From Squalus acanthias (taxonomy: Eukaryota): a DNA stretch of 64,000 nt. The notes beneath the pieces are model-generated. The model did no database searches. It was not told the origin of the DNA and was given only the letters and a program-made list of their open reading frames with translations. The position numbers were made by a program, and so were the translations under genes. Below, piece after piece: positions 62,420-64,000 of the stretch. Numbering within the stretch: the stretch's first letter is position 1; the number at the start of each line of letters is the position of its first letter. The stretch lies in the NCBI GenBank assembly GCA_030390025.1, contig JASTWF010000349.1, positions 124,001 through 188,000 on the forward strand, written 5' to 3'.

Positions 62420-63207
62420 GGCAATATCCCCAAGATCCTATCTCTGATACACAAGAGCCACCCGAACTGTGCCCAGTATCCCCGAGACCCCATCTCTGAT
62501 ACACAAGAACCACCTGAACTGTGCCCAGTATCCCCGAGACCCCATCTCTGATACACAAGAACCACCCGATCTGTGCCCAGTATCCCCCGAGACCCCATCT
62601 CAGATACACAAGAACCACCTGAACTGTGCCCAGTATCCCCGAGACCCCATCTCTGATACACAAGAACCACCCGAACTGTGCCCAGTATCCCCGAGACCCC
62701 ATCTCAGATACACAAGAACCACCCGATCTGTGCCCAGTATCCCCGAGACCCCATCTCTGATACACAAGAACCACCCGAACTGTGCCCAGTATCCCCGAGA
62801 CCCCACCTCAGATACACAAGAACCACCTGAACTGTGCCCAGTATCCCCAAGACCCCACCTCTGATACACAAGAACCAGAGCTCACCCCGATCTGTGCCCA
62901 GTATCCCCGAGACCCCACCTCTGATACACAAGAACCACCCGAACTGTGCCCAGTATCCCCGAGACCCCACCTCTGATACACAAGAACCAGAGCTCACCCC
63001 GATCTGTGCCCAGTATCCCCGAGACCCCACCTCTGATACACAAGAACCAGAGCTCACCCCGATCTGTGCCCAGTATCCCCGAGACCCCACCTCTGATACA
63101 CAAGAACCAGAGCTCACCCCGATCTGTGCCCAGTATCCCCGAGACCCCACCTCTGATACACAAGAACCAGAGCTCACACCGGTCTGTGCCCAGTATCCCC
63201 GAGACCC
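62420..63207. repeat. Minisatellite, 52-bp unit grading into a 60-bp unit
   Basis: GTGCCCAGTATCCCCGAGACCCCATCTCTGATACACAAGAACCACCCGAACT repeated about 14 times. Confidence 0.95.
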
Positions 63208-63359
63208 ACATGTGGAGGAACCACTCTCCAGGATGCTGCAGGGTGTCCTGTTTCAATGGGTGGAGTGACCTATGGTGGAAAGCACAGGGGTCCTTCCCAA
63301 GCGAACACAGGTCAGGGCTACCTCAGACAAAACCATCGAGGCCTGTGTCCGAACGTTAC

Positions 63360-63535
63360 CTGTTCGCATGGTGCCACTGGAGAGCTCGCATTCCTCATCC
63401 CGGTTGTCAGAGATCAGATCTTTGGTGACTCGGATGAAGTCTTGTAAGGGACAGTGTTTGGTGCAGGACGGCAGATTGAGAAGGTGTGCCTCGGAATCAG
63501 TATTGTTCCTGAAGTACATGTCCAGCGTGAAGGAC
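63360..63535 (-). CDS. ACP2: ACP2-like acid phosphatase, penultimate coding exon (176 bp)
   Basis: Acceptor ttctgcag|G and donor G|gtaacg. Translates to SFTLDMYFRNNTDSEAHLLNLPSCTKHCPLQDFIRVTKDLISDNRDEEC, matching the lysosomal acid phosphatase pattern MYFRN..L.LP.C...CPLQDF..EC. It could be a paralog rather than the ortholog. Confidence 0.88.
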
Positions 63536-63757
63536 CTGCAGAAGCCACATGTATGCAGAATGAGTTCCATTCAGTGTGGGCCTGATAGAACCTGAATGAA
63601 AACACAATAATACATAGGAACAAATGCACCTTAAATGACAGGTGACAGTGGCTTGGCTGCCCGAGACACTTGCATTCCTCAGTACAGTACTGGCCCCTTG
63701 TAGATCCAGATCAGAAGTGCCCACCCGTTGGGACAGTGAGAAGTTCAAAAGGAGTGC

Positions 63758-64000
63758 GTTTTCAAATCCCTCCATGGCCTCGCCCCCTCCCTATCTCTCT
63801 AACCTCCTCCAGCCCTACAACCCTCCGAGATCTCTGCGCTCCTCCAATTCTGGCATCTTGCGTATCTCCGATTTTAATCACTCCACCACTGGCGGACGTG
63901 CCTTCAGCTGCCTAGGCCCTAAGCTCAGGAATTCCCTCCCTAAACCCCTCCACCTCTCCATCTCTCTCTCCTCCTTTAAGATGCTTCTTAAAACCTCCCT
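63758..64000 (+). mobile_element. L2 3' fragment
   Basis: Translates to FKSLHGL.. and is homologous to the reverse complement of 50270-52310 and 54640-54760. Confidence 0.8.

Larger units (their letters stand above)
56390..62420 (-). mobile_element. Older CR1-group LINE (APE and start of RT) with a tRNA-like 5' head, split by nested insertions
   Basis: Motifs NIWGLVPKLG..QPDIVILTESYL and LLDLVLTN..SDH. AKDKAEAF (from 60376) rejoins ATIFSQKCRVD (56560) across the CR1 insertion, followed by KAVGPD. Confidence 0.85.

Noticed and set aside
62345..62420. Functional tRNA gene
   Set aside because: A and B boxes are present but no convincing cloverleaf or acceptor stem was seen. Treated as a retroposon head.
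62340..63428. ORFs over the 52/60-bp repeat
   Set aside because: They are minisatellite translations, open on both strands.
63253..63570. 105-aa ORF as a complete gene
   Set aside because: Only 63360-63535 is bounded by splice sites and is phosphatase-like. The flanks are intron.
63536..63591. Upstream alternative acceptor (ttttcattcag) for the ACP2-like exon
   Set aside because: It would add 56 nt and shift the frame.

Overview
Repeat-dense vertebrate genomic DNA. The CR1, V-SINE-like and DeuSINE-like families present suggest a cartilaginous fish (inference). About 40 kb (5041-45076) is one tandem array of a 28/29-bp internally palindromic unit (GTCTGGTAATAAGCAGAATCCAGACAAT), interrupted by a Harbinger-type MITE and a Penelope-like element (PLE). 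The very long minus-strand ORFs over the array come from a stop-free repeat unit and are not supported as genes. The flanks hold CR1, L2 and RTE LINE copies, SINEs, a decayed Harbinger transposase, two families of Neptune-type PLEs and three minisatellite or G-rich tracts. The only host gene supported is an ACP2-like acid phosphatase, represented by its last two coding exons on the minus strand (63360-63535 and 55492-55622). Highlights: (1) five minimal hammerhead-ribozyme motifs in PLE ends, two of them in a 312-bp ORF-less fold-back element with a 13-bp TSD; (2) a LINE that appears to begin with a tRNA-like Pol III head and has no ORF1; (3) an ACP2-like cytoplasmic tail lacking the Tyr lysosomal sorting motif; (4) the palindromic, SMAD-site-rich satellite with higher-order repeats.
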